Shown here one piece after another: positions 21,942 through 35,716 of a stretch of DNA of 64,000 bases (the first letter of the stretch is position 1; each line of letters opens with the position of its first letter). The notes under the pieces were generated by a model. The model was not told where the DNA came from, made no database searches, and was given only the letters and a program-made list of their open reading frames with translations. The position numbers and the translations under genes were made by a program. Origin of the DNA: Escherichia phage LF82-4; sequence record PV660448. The stretch is one strand, 5' to 3'.

Positions 21942-24900
21942 ATGGTTGACATCAAACGTAAGTTCAGGGCCGAAGATGGTCTTGACGCAGGCGGTGATAA
22001 GATAGTTAACGTTGCGCTTGCTGACCGCACAGTTGGCACCGATGGCGTGAACGTTGACTTTTTGGTGCAAGAAAACACCGTACAGAATTATGACGATACG
22101 CGCGCGTATACAAAAGATTTTATTGTTCTTTATGATAATCGTTTTTATCAAGCTTTAAGCGATATTCCAGCTCCGGCAGGCCCTTTCTCTTTGGCTAAAT
22201 GGAAGGCAACTCGTACAGATGCAGATTGGATTACAGTTCAAGGCGGAGATTTCCAATTATCAGTAGGTAACTCTATTGCGGTTGATACTTCAGCTGGCAC
22301 TGATATTAATTTCACTTTGCCTCAAAATCCTTTAGATGGCGATACAGTTATTTTGTCTGATATTGGTGGTAGAGTAGGCTATGTAAAAGTTCAAATTACT
22401 GCAGAGGCTCAAAGTATTGTAAACTTTAGAGGACAACAGGTTCGTTCAGTTTTAATGACGCACCCAAAATCTAAAATGGTCTTCATTTTTAGCAACCGCC
22501 TATGGCAAATGTATGTTTCTGATTACGAACGTAATGCAGTCACAGTAACTCCTGCTAAGCCATATCAGGCGCAACCTAACGATTTTATCATTCGACGTTT
22601 TACATCAGCCGCTCCTATTAATATTACATTGCCTCGCAATGCTAATAATGGCGATATTATTAATTTAGTTGATTTAGACAAATTAAACCCGTTATATCAC
22701 ACAATTGTCAAAACTTACGATGATACAACTTCTATACGAGAAGCCGGTGTTCATGTAGCAGAAGGACGTAATACTGCGGAAGCATTCTTTGTTTATGATT
22801 CTGCTAATAGCTTATGGCGTGTTTGGGAAGGTGACCAGAAATCTCGTTTACGTATAGTTCGTAATGATACTGATTTACGCCCTAATGAAGAAGTTCTTGT
22901 TTTTGGAACTAATAATGATACAATCTCGACGGTAAATCTTACTTTGCCTACAGATATTTTGTCTGGTGATACTGTTAAAATATCGTTGAATTATATGCGT
23001 AAAGGGCAAACTGTAAAAATTAAAGCTGCTGAAGGCGATACAATTGCTAGCAGTATTTCTTTATTACAGTTCCCAAAACGTTCAGAGTATCCACCTGATG
23101 CACAATGGGTTTCTGTTAGTGAGCTGGAATTTAATGGCGATACTTCGTATGTACCTGTACTTGAGTTAGCTTATATAGAAGATTATTCATCTGAAACAAA
23201 ATATTGGGTAGTTCAACAAAACACTGTAACCGTCGAACGAGTCGATGCATCGAGCAATACAACTCGAGCTCGTTTAGGTGTTATTGCTCTTGCTTCTCAA
23301 GCGCAAGCAAATGTCGATTTAGAAAATGCTCCTGGTAAAGAACTTGCTATTACTCCGGAAACATTAGCAAATCGTACAGCAACTGAAACTCGTCGTGGTA
23401 TTGCTCGTATTGCAACAACTGCACAAGTTAACCAGAATACCGATTTTGCATTCCAAGACGACTTGATTATTTCTCCTAAGAAATTGAACGAACGTACAGC
23501 AACTGAAACCCGTAGAGGTGTTGCTGAAGTTGCAACTCAGGATGAAACTAATGCTGGCATAGATGATACCACTATTATTACTCCTAAGAAATTGGATGCC
23601 CGTCAAGGTTCTGAAGTTTTATCTGGTATTGTAAAATACACATCTACGACTGGTACTACAGCGGCTACTGTTCGTGGTAATGCTGGGACTAACGTTTATA
23701 ACAAAGCCGTAGATAATTTAACTATTTCTCCAAAGGCTCTTGACCAGTATAAAGCTACACATACTCAACAGGGCGCAGTAATTCTTGCTATTGAAAGTGA
23801 AGTTATCGCTGGTGAATCACAAGCCGGTTGGGCTAATGCTGTAGTGACTCCTGAAACTCTGCATAAGAAAACTTCTACTGATGGACGTATTGGTTTAATT
23901 GAAATTGCTACGCAAGCAGAAACTAACACTGGGACTGATTATACTAGAGCAGTAACGCCTAAGACGTTAAATGATAGGAAAGCTACGGAAGGATTATCCG
24001 GCATAGCCGAACTTGCTACGCAAGTTGAATTTGATACTGGAACTGATGATACTCGTATCTCGACTCCACTGAAAATTAAAACTCATTTTGATTCTTCTGG
24101 CCGTACCAGTGTTAATTCTGATTCCGGACTTATTGAAGAAGGAACCTTGTGGAACCATTATACTCTTGATATTTCTAAAGCAAATGAAACACAACGTGGT
24201 ACACTTCGCGTAGCGACTCAGGCAGAATCTAATGCCGGAACTTTAGATGATGTTCTTATTACTCCTAAAAAACTTTTAGGGACTAAGTCCACTGAAACGT
24301 CTGAAGGCGTGATTAAGGTTGCTACTCAGGCTGAAACTGTAACAGGAACTTCTGCTAATACTGCTGTATCGCCTAAGAATTTAAAATGGATTGTCCAGGA
24401 TGAACCAACATGGGCTGCTACTACGGCAATTCGTGGATTCGTTAAAACTTCATCCGGTTCTATTACATTCGTTGGTGACGATACTCAAGGTAGTACCCAG
24501 GATCTGAATCTTTACGAGAAAAATAGTTATGCTATTTCTCCATATGAATTAAACCGTGTACTTGCTAACTATTTGCCATTGAAAGCTAAAGCTGTAGATA
24601 GTAATCTGTTAGATGGTCTAGATTCTCTTCAGTTCATCCGTAGAGACATCGACCAGACGGTTAATGGTTCTTTAAGTCTTACTAAACAGACCAACCTGAG
24701 TGCTCCTTTAGTATCTACAAGCACTGCTTCTTTTGGATCTGAAGCATCTGTTACTCGTAGATTAACTCTTAATGACTCTAGCGGTTCCGAAATAGTTTTC
24801 ACTAAAGGAACTCAATCTCTTAGTAATAAAGAGAATTTCGTTGTTAGAGCATGGGGTAATAGCGCTACAGATGGTGCCCGTGATACAGTATTTGAAGCGG

Positions 24901-25775
24901 GTGACGAAACTGGATACCATTTCTATTCTCAGCGCGCTTCTGATAATAAAGTATCATTTAATATTAATGGAACACTTTATTCAACAGGCATTGTTTCTAC
25001 AAATGGATTAAACGTTACAGGTGTTTCTACCTTTACCGGGCCTATTAGTGCTACAGGCGAAATTGTTTCTAGTTCTCCTATTGCATTCAGAGCTATTAAC
25101 GGTAACTATGGTGTTATGCTTTATAATGCTGGTAACAGTTCTTATATTGCATTAACTAACTCAGGTGACCAGACTGGGACGTTTAATAACTTACGCCCGA
25201 TCACGATTAACAATGCCACAGGACTGGTTCGTCTTGACAACGGTGTTCAAATCACAAGTGGTGCAACAATAACTACCGGTGGGTTAACTGTAAATAACAG
25301 AATTATTTCTAACGGCGTTAAAACTGCCACTGTTTATACCGATAAACCAACAGCTTCTACTGTAGGTTTTTGGTCTATTGACATTAACGATTCTGCTGTA
25401 TATAGCCAATTCCCTGGATACTGGACGCGTGATAACAAAGGTAACCGTGACCAAGAAATTAAATATCCTGGTACTTTGACTCAATTTGGTAATAGCTTAG
25501 ATTCGCTTTATCAGGATTGGATTTGTTATCCTACAGGTGCAAATGGTGGTAGTATTCGTTATACTCGTACCTGGCAGAAAAATAAAGATGCTTGGACTTC
25601 ATTTGCAATGGTATTTGATAGTGGCAACCCACCTTCACCTAGCGATGTCGGTGCTATCCCGTCTGATAATGCTGTTATTGGAAACCTTACTATTCGAGAC
25701 TTCTTACAATTAGGAAATGTGAGAATTGTTCCAGACCCGGTTAACAAAACAGTTAAATTTATATGGGTTGAATAA
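21942..25775 (+). CDS. 34: long tail fibre proximal subunit gp34
   Basis: 1277 aa; first gene of late tail-fibre operon; T4 gp34-like. Confidence 0.9.
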   Translation: MVDIKRKFRAEDGLDAGGDKIVNVALADRTVGTDGVNVDFLVQENTVQNYDDTRAYTKDFIVLYDNRFYQALSDIPAPAGPFSLAKWKATRTDADWITVQGGDFQLSVGNSIAVDTSAGTDINFTLPQNPLDGDTVILSDIGGRVGYVKVQITAEAQSIVNFRGQQVRSVLMTHPKSKMVFIFSNRLWQMYVSDYERNAVTVTPAKPYQAQPNDFIIRRFTSAAPINITLPRNANNGDIINLVDLDKLNPLYHTIVKTYDDTTSIREAGVHVAEGRNTAEAFFVYDSANSLWRVWEGDQKSRLRIVRNDTDLRPNEEVLVFGTNNDTISTVNLTLPTDILSGDTVKISLNYMRKGQTVKIKAAEGDTIASSISLLQFPKRSEYPPDAQWVSVSELEFNGDTSYVPVLELAYIEDYSSETKYWVVQQNTVTVERVDASSNTTRARLGVIALASQAQANVDLENAPGKELAITPETLANRTATETRRGIARIATTAQVNQNTDFAFQDDLIISPKKLNERTATETRRGVAEVATQDETNAGIDDTTIITPKKLDARQGSEVLSGIVKYTSTTGTTAATVRGNAGTNVYNKAVDNLTISPKALDQYKATHTQQGAVILAIESEVIAGESQAGWANAVVTPETLHKKTSTDGRIGLIEIATQAETNTGTDYTRAVTPKTLNDRKATEGLSGIAELATQVEFDTGTDDTRISTPLKIKTHFDSSGRTSVNSDSGLIEEGTLWNHYTLDISKANETQRGTLRVATQAESNAGTLDDVLITPKKLLGTKSTETSEGVIKVATQAETVTGTSANTAVSPKNLKWIVQDEPTWAATTAIRGFVKTSSGSITFVGDDTQGSTQDLNLYEKNSYAISPYELNRVLANYLPLKAKAVDSNLLDGLDSLQFIRRDIDQTVNGSLSLTKQTNLSAPLVSTSTASFGSEASVTRRLTLNDSSGSEIVFTKGTQSLSNKENFVVRAWGNSATDGARDTVFEAGDETGYHFYSQRASDNKVSFNINGTLYSTGIVSTNGLNVTGVSTFTGPISATGEIVSSSPIAFRAINGNYGVMLYNAGNSSYIALTNSGDQTGTFNNLRPITINNATGLVRLDNGVQITSGATITTGGLTVNNRIISNGVKTATVYTDKPTASTVGFWSIDINDSAVYSQFPGYWTRDNKGNRDQEIKYPGTLTQFGNSLDSLYQDWICYPTGANGGSIRYTRTWQKNKDAWTSFAMVFDSGNPPSPSDVGAIPSDNAVIGNLTIRDFLQLGNVRIVPDPVNKTVKFIWVE

Positions 25776-25783
25776 GAGGTTAT

Positions 25784-26908
25784 ATGGAAAAATTTATGGC
25801 AAGGTTTGGACAAGGATACGTCCAAACGCCGTTTTTATCGGAAAGCAATTCAGTTAGATTTAAGCTAAGTATAGCGGGTTCATGCCCGCTTTCAACAACT
25901 AATCCGTATATTTTGTTCCAAAATGAGCCTTTAGGGTTGCAGTCTTTTGGTATTGGACTAAATGTTAGGGTGATAAATCCGGAAAATGGAACTATAGTTG
26001 ATAGTAAATTATATAATTTTGCGCCTACAAATAATGCAACTTCAGCTGCATTTATTTCGTTTGTTAATACATACGCAGATAATTTCATTTTCGCATTTAT
26101 TTCTAATAACAAATTTAATTTGCCGCCGGAAATAATTGAATGGTTTAAAGCTGCTGGGAGTTCAGTTATACCGTCAATTGAAATTGCTAGTCTTGTTGAT
26201 ATTTCATATTCAGCGTTTTATGTTTCAGGTAAAAATACTATTGCATTAGAACACATAAAATACAGTAATAAAAAAACAATTTCTGATTACGCAACCCCAT
26301 TAGATATTGTATATGACTCTATTGCTGATATAGGTGCTACCGGTTATCCTAGACGTACATATGAAGCTCTAGAAACGTTTTTATCTCCTGTTGGAGGAAC
26401 TAACAATGAAATAAAAAGGATGCCTACGTCATCCCTTGTTACTCCTATCGCAAACTACGGATTAAAGCCTACAGATTTTCTTTATTTGAAATTTCAATTA
26501 ATGGCTGATGAAGAATTATTAGAGGAAGGAACCACAAGACTTTCAATTCGTTTCTTTAAGTCTTCATCTAGCTCTCCTATATCATCTAAAGATATAAACT
26601 TTGATGGAACTGCCGGGGAGTGGAAGTTATACGAAGAATACGTTGAAATACCAGCTGAAGCCGATGGCTTTACAGTATATTGTTACCGTACGGCCCCAGT
26701 CGGTCAAGGTGGACTAAGAAATGTTATTTTCACTGAAGTATCATGTAACGGAAGTATAGCAAAACCCGCCGAGTTTGGTATAAACGGTATTCGTGTTAAT
26801 TACATTGATGAATCATTAACCGGTAATGATATAATGGACTTGCCTACCCAGTTATCTAACGACACAGGTAAGGTATTTGGGCAGGAATTTAAAGAGTACA
26901 CAGAATAA
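25784..26908 (+). CDS. 35: long tail fibre hinge protein gp35
   Basis: 374 aa; synteny. Confidence 0.85.
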   Translation: MEKFMARFGQGYVQTPFLSESNSVRFKLSIAGSCPLSTTNPYILFQNEPLGLQSFGIGLNVRVINPENGTIVDSKLYNFAPTNNATSAAFISFVNTYADNFIFAFISNNKFNLPPEIIEWFKAAGSSVIPSIEIASLVDISYSAFYVSGKNTIALEHIKYSNKKTISDYATPLDIVYDSIADIGATGYPRRTYEALETFLSPVGGTNNEIKRMPTSSLVTPIANYGLKPTDFLYLKFQLMADEELLEEGTTRLSIRFFKSSSSSPISSKDINFDGTAGEWKLYEEYVEIPAEADGFTVYCYRTAPVGQGGLRNVIFTEVSCNGSIAKPAEFGINGIRVNYIDESLTGNDIMDLPTQLSNDTGKVFGQEFKEYTE

Positions 26909-26930
26909 AGGAGACTTCGGTCTCCTTTTC
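26909..26930 (+). terminator. rho-independent terminator after gene 35 (GGAGAC-TTCG-GTCTCC plus TTTT)
   Basis: hairpin with UUCG tetraloop and T-run. Confidence 0.6.
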
Positions 26931-26933
26931 GCG

Positions 26934-26941
26934 TATAAATA
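26934..26941 (+). promoter_or_regulatory. late promoter TATAAATA for gene 36
   Basis: exact TATAAATA about 25 nt upstream of ATG. Confidence 0.6.
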
Positions 26942-26967
26942 CTTTAATATTAATAAGGAGACACGAA

Positions 26968-27624
26968 ATGGCCGATTTAAAAGCCGGAAGTACAGTTGGT
27001 GGTTCCGTCATATGGCATCAAGGCAATTTTCCTTTAATGCCAGCTGGCGATGACATCCTATATAAAACATTTAAATTATACACCGAATATAACAAGCCAA
27101 AAGCGGCTGATAACGATTTCGTATCTAAAGCAAACGGCGGGACATATCTCAAAAAGGTAATCTTTAACGAAGGTGTTGCAGTCAAAACAGCTGATGACCA
27201 AACGAATGGTATTTTTTCTGGTGGTGGTGACGCCGCGACATTTGACCAAACAAACATGGATATTGTTTCGTGGTATGGTATTGGGTTTAAATCATCTCAA
27301 GGTACAGGTGAAAGAACTGTTGTAATTGATACTCGCACCGGTAATATAAGTTCTAAAGGCGTTATTGAAGCATCTCAATTCAGAGCCACAACGTTAGCAC
27401 CTTTAAATAATTATGACCTTACTCGCAAAGATTATGTTGATAGTCAAATAAATACAGTTAATGCTAATGCAAACAGTCGTGTACTCCGTTCAGGAGATAC
27501 GATGACCGGTGCGCTAACCGCCCCAAACTTTTTCTCACAGAATCCTGCATCTCAACCATCGCATGTTCCACGATTTGACCAAATTGTTATTAAGGATTCT
27601 GTTCAAGATTTCGGCTATTATTAA
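26968..27624 (+). CDS. 36: long tail fibre distal connector gp36
   Basis: 218 aa; synteny. Confidence 0.85.
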   Translation: MADLKAGSTVGGSVIWHQGNFPLMPAGDDILYKTFKLYTEYNKPKAADNDFVSKANGGTYLKKVIFNEGVAVKTADDQTNGIFSGGGDAATFDQTNMDIVSWYGIGFKSSQGTGERTVVIDTRTGNISSKGVIEASQFRATTLAPLNNYDLTRKDYVDSQINTVNANANSRVLRSGDTMTGALTAPNFFSQNPASQPSHVPRFDQIVIKDSVQDFGYY

Positions 27625-27632
27625 GAGGACTT

Positions 27633-31749
<4,117 letters not shown>

Positions 31750-31779
31750 TTTGAATAAATATCCTTAAAAGGAGGGTCT

Positions 31780-32439
31780 ATGGCAGCACCAAAAGTATCA
31801 TTTTCGCCTAGTGATATTTTATTTGGGTTGCTAGACCGCATTTTCAAAGATAACGCCTCTGGAAATATTCTTATTTCCAGAGTTGCTGTTGTAGTTCTTT
31901 TGTTCCTAATGGCACTAATATGGTACAAAGGGAATATTTTTATGGATTATTACGTGAGGTCGAAATATGATACTTACACAGAAGTAATTCAAAAAGAAAG
32001 AAATACACGATTTGAATCTGCGGCTTTAGAACAACTACAAATAGTCCACGTCACATCAAGGGCGGATTTTAGTTCGGTGTATTCTTTCAGACCTAAAAAT
32101 CTAAATTATTTCGTCGACCTTATTGCGTATGAAGGTAAGTTACCTAGCACAGTAACTGAAAAATCTATGGGAGGATTTCCTGTTGATAAAACGACAGCAG
32201 AATATTCGGTCCATTTAAGTGGACTTCACTTTACTTCTAAAACAGATTTTGCTTTCTTACCTACCAAATCAAAAACTCCGGAACTGGCGTATATGTATAG
32301 TTGTCCTTACTTCAATTTGGATAACATATATGCTGGAACTGTTTCTATGTATTGGTATAAGGGATCGGATGTGCTAAATGAAGAACGCTTGGCTGCAATA
32401 TGCAACCAAGCAGCAAGGATATTAGGGCGGGCTAAATAA
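31780..32439 (+). CDS. t: holin
   Basis: 219 aa; N-terminal TM; recalled high similarity to T4 T. Confidence 0.9.
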   Translation: MAAPKVSFSPSDILFGLLDRIFKDNASGNILISRVAVVVLLFLMALIWYKGNIFMDYYVRSKYDTYTEVIQKERNTRFESAALEQLQIVHVTSRADFSSVYSFRPKNLNYFVDLIAYEGKLPSTVTEKSMGGFPVDKTTAEYSVHLSGLHFTSKTDFAFLPTKSKTPELAYMYSCPYFNLDNIYAGTVSMYWYKGSDVLNEERLAAICNQAARILGRAK

Positions 32440-32712
32440 TTAGTTGTTAGAATACATCGTCAAATGGCGATAAATATTTTCAAAACCTTCATTGAATTCA
32501 CTAATCAGTGTTTTCTTTTCTTCGGCAGTTAAATTTGTAATTAGTTTTCTGAACGAATTCTGATTTAGCTGCCGACCATCTTTTTTAATTCCAATCTCAT
32601 TCAAGAATCCGATGAAATTTGCTCGGTCTTCAACAATATCTTCCCTAGAGAATTTAATCAAAATAGAAGCAATAGTAATAATTTCACGTACGATTTCAAT
32701 GTCTTTATTCAT
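32440..32712 (-). CDS. asiA: anti-sigma70 factor AsiA
   Basis: 90 aa; recalled near-identity to T4 AsiA. Confidence 0.85.
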   Translation of the reverse strand: MNKDIEIVREIITIASILIKFSREDIVEDRANFIGFLNEIGIKKDGRQLNQNSFRKLITNLTAEEKKTLISEFNEGFENIYRHLTMYSNN

Positions 32713-32758
32713 AACGTTTTATTCATTCCACTTAATTGTTAGGAGTATAGTACCATTA

Positions 32759-32920
32759 TCAGTGTTGATTGTAAACGGCTTTTTCTACACTTTTAACGTA
32801 ATCAGTGTAGTCTTCCTGTTCGTACGAGTGTAAGGCCAAGAACGTGGCTAATAGTTCATTATAGACTAAAGCCTCACGCTCACGTTCTGCCTCTACTACG
32901 TTCTGAAGATTATGGCTCAT
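32759..32920 (-). CDS. hypothetical small protein (about 53 aa from internal Met)
   Basis: trimmed from ORF 32759-32974. Confidence 0.3.
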   Translation of the reverse strand: MSHNLQNVVEAEREREALVYNELLATFLALHSYEQEDYTDYVKSVEKAVYNQH

Positions 32921-32921
32921 A

Positions 32922-33296
32922 TCATTCCTTATAACTATCAATGTAGTCCTGTATGTCAAAGAACGACATTTCATATTCTAGGACATTAAGAGCCCGTTCT
33001 TCAGTATAGTCAGAACCAAAGACGATAGTGATTTCACCAGGCTTCATATGATTGAAATCAACGCTAAAAGGAATACGAGAACATACTTCGTCTGCCATAT
33101 CTACGATAACACTACGACACACTTCTCGGTTAACCTGATAAAGCTCTGCAAGTTCTTCACAACGAATAACAAGTTCAGTGGCAGGATTTTCTTTGATTTT
33201 AGTAAACATAGTCTTTACCCTTATGTTTTTGTTTACGCTTAGATTGAAGTTCTGATTTCTTCTTGTCCTTATGGACAGAAGCCTTATTGAAATCAT
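32922..33296 (-). CDS. hypothetical acidic protein (possible Arn-like; start uncertain)
   Basis: acidic C-terminus; position between asiA and motA where T4 has arn. Confidence 0.35.
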   Translation of the reverse strand: MISIRLLSIRTRRNQNFNLSVNKNIRVKTMFTKIKENPATELVIRCEELAELYQVNREVCRSVIVDMADEVCSRIPFSVDFNHMKPGEITIVFGSDYTEERALNVLEYEMSFFDIQDYIDSYKE

Positions 33297-33511
33297 GTTT
33301 TGCTACAAGATTGTTCATAATGATTTATAACCTCGTTTAAACATTTGTCTGTGAAAGAAAACTTTTTAGCCACAGAACATTCGATAATGTGCTCTTTCAA
33401 ATCTTTAGAGTCAGTATAACCCATCTCAGTAATAAAGTGGCGAATTAAAGCTTTATTCTTATCATTAACAGAATTAAAATAATCTGCTTTAGAATCAATT
33501 ATTCTCATCAT
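33293..33511 (-). CDS. hypothetical protein (72 aa)
   Basis: ORF track. Confidence 0.4.
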   Translation of the reverse strand: MMRIIDSKADYFNSVNDKNKALIRHFITEMGYTDSKDLKEHIIECSVAKKFSFTDKCLNEVINHYEQSCSKT

Positions 33512-33776
33512 CTAATTTCCTTAATTGATATTGCAACGAGCTAATAATTTCTTCGTTCATTTTAATATACATGTCACGCAAGAAAGGTTTTAACCCATCA
33601 CGAATAATTGCTAACGTATCACCTTTACATAAATTAACCAAATAAGGATGATCTAAAGCGTCCCAACCAGGCTGATTAGCATACATACCATAGTTTTCTT
33701 CCATCATATGATTAAGACGTTTGATATCTTGGATACGTGATTCAATAGCATCTTTCTGGAGTTGTTTAAGGTTCAT
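33495..33776 (-). CDS. hypothetical protein (93 aa)
   Basis: ORF track. Confidence 0.4.
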   Translation of the reverse strand: MNLKQLQKDAIESRIQDIKRLNHMMEENYGMYANQPGWDALDHPYLVNLCKGDTLAIIRDGLKPFLRDMYIKMNEEIISSLQYQLRKLDDENN

Positions 33777-34237
33777 TAGTAAAGGTCCTCTGAATAAAGT
33801 TCTTTCTCACTTCCGCCACGTTCAATACGTACCTGTCCAGCATACGTTGCAATAATCATTGCTTCTTCACGAGTCCAGTAATTAGAGTATTGGTCGATAA
33901 AGCCTTGGTCGTCACCACAAACTTGTTGCGAGACTAATTGAGGACCAACTATATCAAGTACTTCAGCCATATCTTTAGAGTAATGACGAACTCCAGGAAT
34001 AACCAGAGTTCCACCACTCTTCAATTTAAACCTATTAGCTGCACATACTATAACACGTTGAACTTTTTGGTCATTGTTCCAATAGCACGTTTGCCAACAG
34101 ATTTCAGGAACTTCATTCATTATATCATCAGCAGAATAATTATAACCGTAGGACTGGAATTTTTCTGCTAGACTTTCAGGAGTCTCACGAGACAAGGCTA
34201 AATCTAATAGCTCTAAACGTTCTTTAAATGATTTCAT
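33776..34237 (-). CDS. hypothetical protein (153 aa)
   Basis: ORF track. Confidence 0.45.
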   Translation of the reverse strand: MKSFKERLELLDLALSRETPESLAEKFQSYGYNYSADDIMNEVPEICWQTCYWNNDQKVQRVIVCAANRFKLKSGGTLVIPGVRHYSKDMAEVLDIVGPQLVSQQVCGDDQGFIDQYSNYWTREEAMIIATYAGQVRIERGGSEKELYSEDLY

Positions 34238-34563
34238 TTAAACCATTCCTTAATACGTTGCCAAATAGATTTTTGTGCTTGTTTATTTACACCAATCGAA
34301 CGAATAACCGGTTGCGACTGCTGATATTCTTTATAATCTTCTTTATAGATTTCGTAAGCTGCATCAACAAATGAACTGATCGCTGCCATGTAGTTTTTAC
34401 GAAGGCCAAATGGCGCGTCATTATTTTCACGAATAACCGTATATTGGCCTGCTTTAATCTTTACAATTGTCCCTAAATAAGCCCCGTGGTACCAAATATC
34501 CCATCCTTCCTGAGTAGGTTCTGCACATTTACGAAGTTCGTTAATAATATTCAGCTTATTCAT
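34234..34563 (-). CDS. hypothetical protein (109 aa)
   Basis: ORF track. Confidence 0.45.
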   Translation of the reverse strand: MNKLNIINELRKCAEPTQEGWDIWYHGAYLGTIVKIKAGQYTVIRENNDAPFGLRKNYMAAISSFVDAAYEIYKEDYKEYQQSQPVIRSIGVNKQAQKSIWQRIKEWFK

Positions 34564-34573
34564 TATATATTCC

Positions 34574-35206
34574 TCACAGTACGTTAGTTACAAGGGTAAT
34601 GATTTCTTTGGACACATTAGGGAAGTCAATGTAAGTATATTTACCACCGATTTTAATCTTAACATCATTTTCAAGAGAAGTAAACAGCTTTGATTCAGTT
34701 TCTGACATGTTGTATGCAAAGATTCTAAGAGCGCCATCTCGTCGAATTTCAATTTGGCGAATGCCTAGAACTCGTTTAGCGAATCGAACTTCTAAGTTAC
34801 TACGGTTTTCACCAATTTCTTTAACTTCAACTTTATCTTTAATATTTTCAAAAACAAAGTTCGCTAGTTCATGCATTTCAGGAGTAACTCCACGTGCTTT
34901 TCTGGTGTTACGTTTCTGGAGAAGTTCTGGAGCATTTTCTTGAGCAAATAGGTCTGCAGCTTTTTGGATAATATCCATTGCTTCGCCGGTTGCCACAAGT
35001 CCATCACCGGATTTTTCGACTAAACCTTTTTTAATCAATACACCAATGTTAGAGTTAACAACCGATGCATTGTATTCCGCTTTCAGAGCTTCACGGACAT
35101 TGGCAGCAGTGGTGAAGTTGTTCTTAATGATATAAACCATTATTGCAGCAGTTTTTTCATTCAGAGCGTTTTCAGAAGCTTTGATGATGTAAGTAACTTT
35201 AGACAT
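34574..35206 (-). CDS. motA: middle-transcription activator MotA
   Basis: 210 aa; recalled similarity to T4 MotA. Confidence 0.85.
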   Translation of the reverse strand: MSKVTYIIKASENALNEKTAAIMVYIIKNNFTTAANVREALKAEYNASVVNSNIGVLIKKGLVEKSGDGLVATGEAMDIIQKAADLFAQENAPELLQKRNTRKARGVTPEMHELANFVFENIKDKVEVKEIGENRSNLEVRFAKRVLGIRQIEIRRDGALRIFAYNMSETESKLFTSLENDVKIKIGGKYTYIDFPNVSKEIITLVTNVL

Positions 35207-35242
35207 TTTATTTCTCCAAATTAGTATTTGTTTGATAGGTCT

Positions 35243-35271
35243 ATAATATCATGTTTGAAGCAAAAGTAAAC
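35243..35271 (-). promoter_or_regulatory. T4-type early promoter (also contains TGCTTCA MotA-box-like element)
   Basis: minus-strand GTTTAC-N17-TATTAT upstream of motA. Confidence 0.5.
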
Positions 35272-35308
35272 TTTATTTTGGGCTCTTTTTCAAAAGCCCT
35301 GGTAAAAT

Positions 35309-35524
35309 TTACAAACTCATTTCTTTAATAAGGCTAATAAGTTTTGCCTTTTTAGAACGAAGCTTTTCTAAATGATGTCCATTTGAACCGCGAACCACTA
35401 AAGAATTGATTTCAACTTCTAAGAAATTTAATTCTTCAACAAGTGCTTTACGGAGAGCATTCATACCAGGTTTAACTTTACCGAAACGAGTAGTTGTGTT
35501 TTGGGTTAATTTCATTTTAGACAT
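35309..35524 (-). CDS. hypothetical basic protein (71 aa)
   Basis: ORF track. Confidence 0.45.
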   Translation of the reverse strand: MSKMKLTQNTTTRFGKVKPGMNALRKALVEELNFLEVEINSLVVRGSNGHHLEKLRSKKAKLISLIKEMSL

Positions 35525-35563
35525 TTTATTTCTCCAATTTGGTTGTTTTGTTTTGATAGGTCT

Positions 35564-35592
35564 ATAATATCATGTTTGAAGCACATGTAAAC
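35564..35592 (-). promoter_or_regulatory. T4-type early promoter (near-duplicate of 35243-35271)
   Basis: minus-strand GTTTAC-N17-TATTAT. Confidence 0.5.
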
Positions 35593-35600
35593 TGTTTTGT

Positions 35601-35636
35601 GAGGAAAAAAATGCACAAAAGGGAGCTTCGGCTCCC
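35601..35636 (-). terminator. rho-independent terminator (GGGAGC-TTCG-GCTCCC plus T-run)
   Basis: hairpin followed on minus strand by TTTTGTGCATTTTTTT. Confidence 0.55.
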
Positions 35637-35716
35637 TAATCATGTTTGTCCAACCAATACAGCCAAATCACTAGTGCAGCTATTGCACCGAGAAATCCTA
35701 AGGCTAGGGCACTCAT
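35636..35716 (-). CDS. 26-codon hydrophobic peptide, translationally coupled to gene 52 (ATGA overlap)
   Basis: manual translation MSALALGFLGAIAALVIWLYWLDKHD; GGAGG RBS 5 nt upstream. Confidence 0.35.
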   Translation of the reverse strand: MSALALGFLGAIAALVIWLYWLDKHD

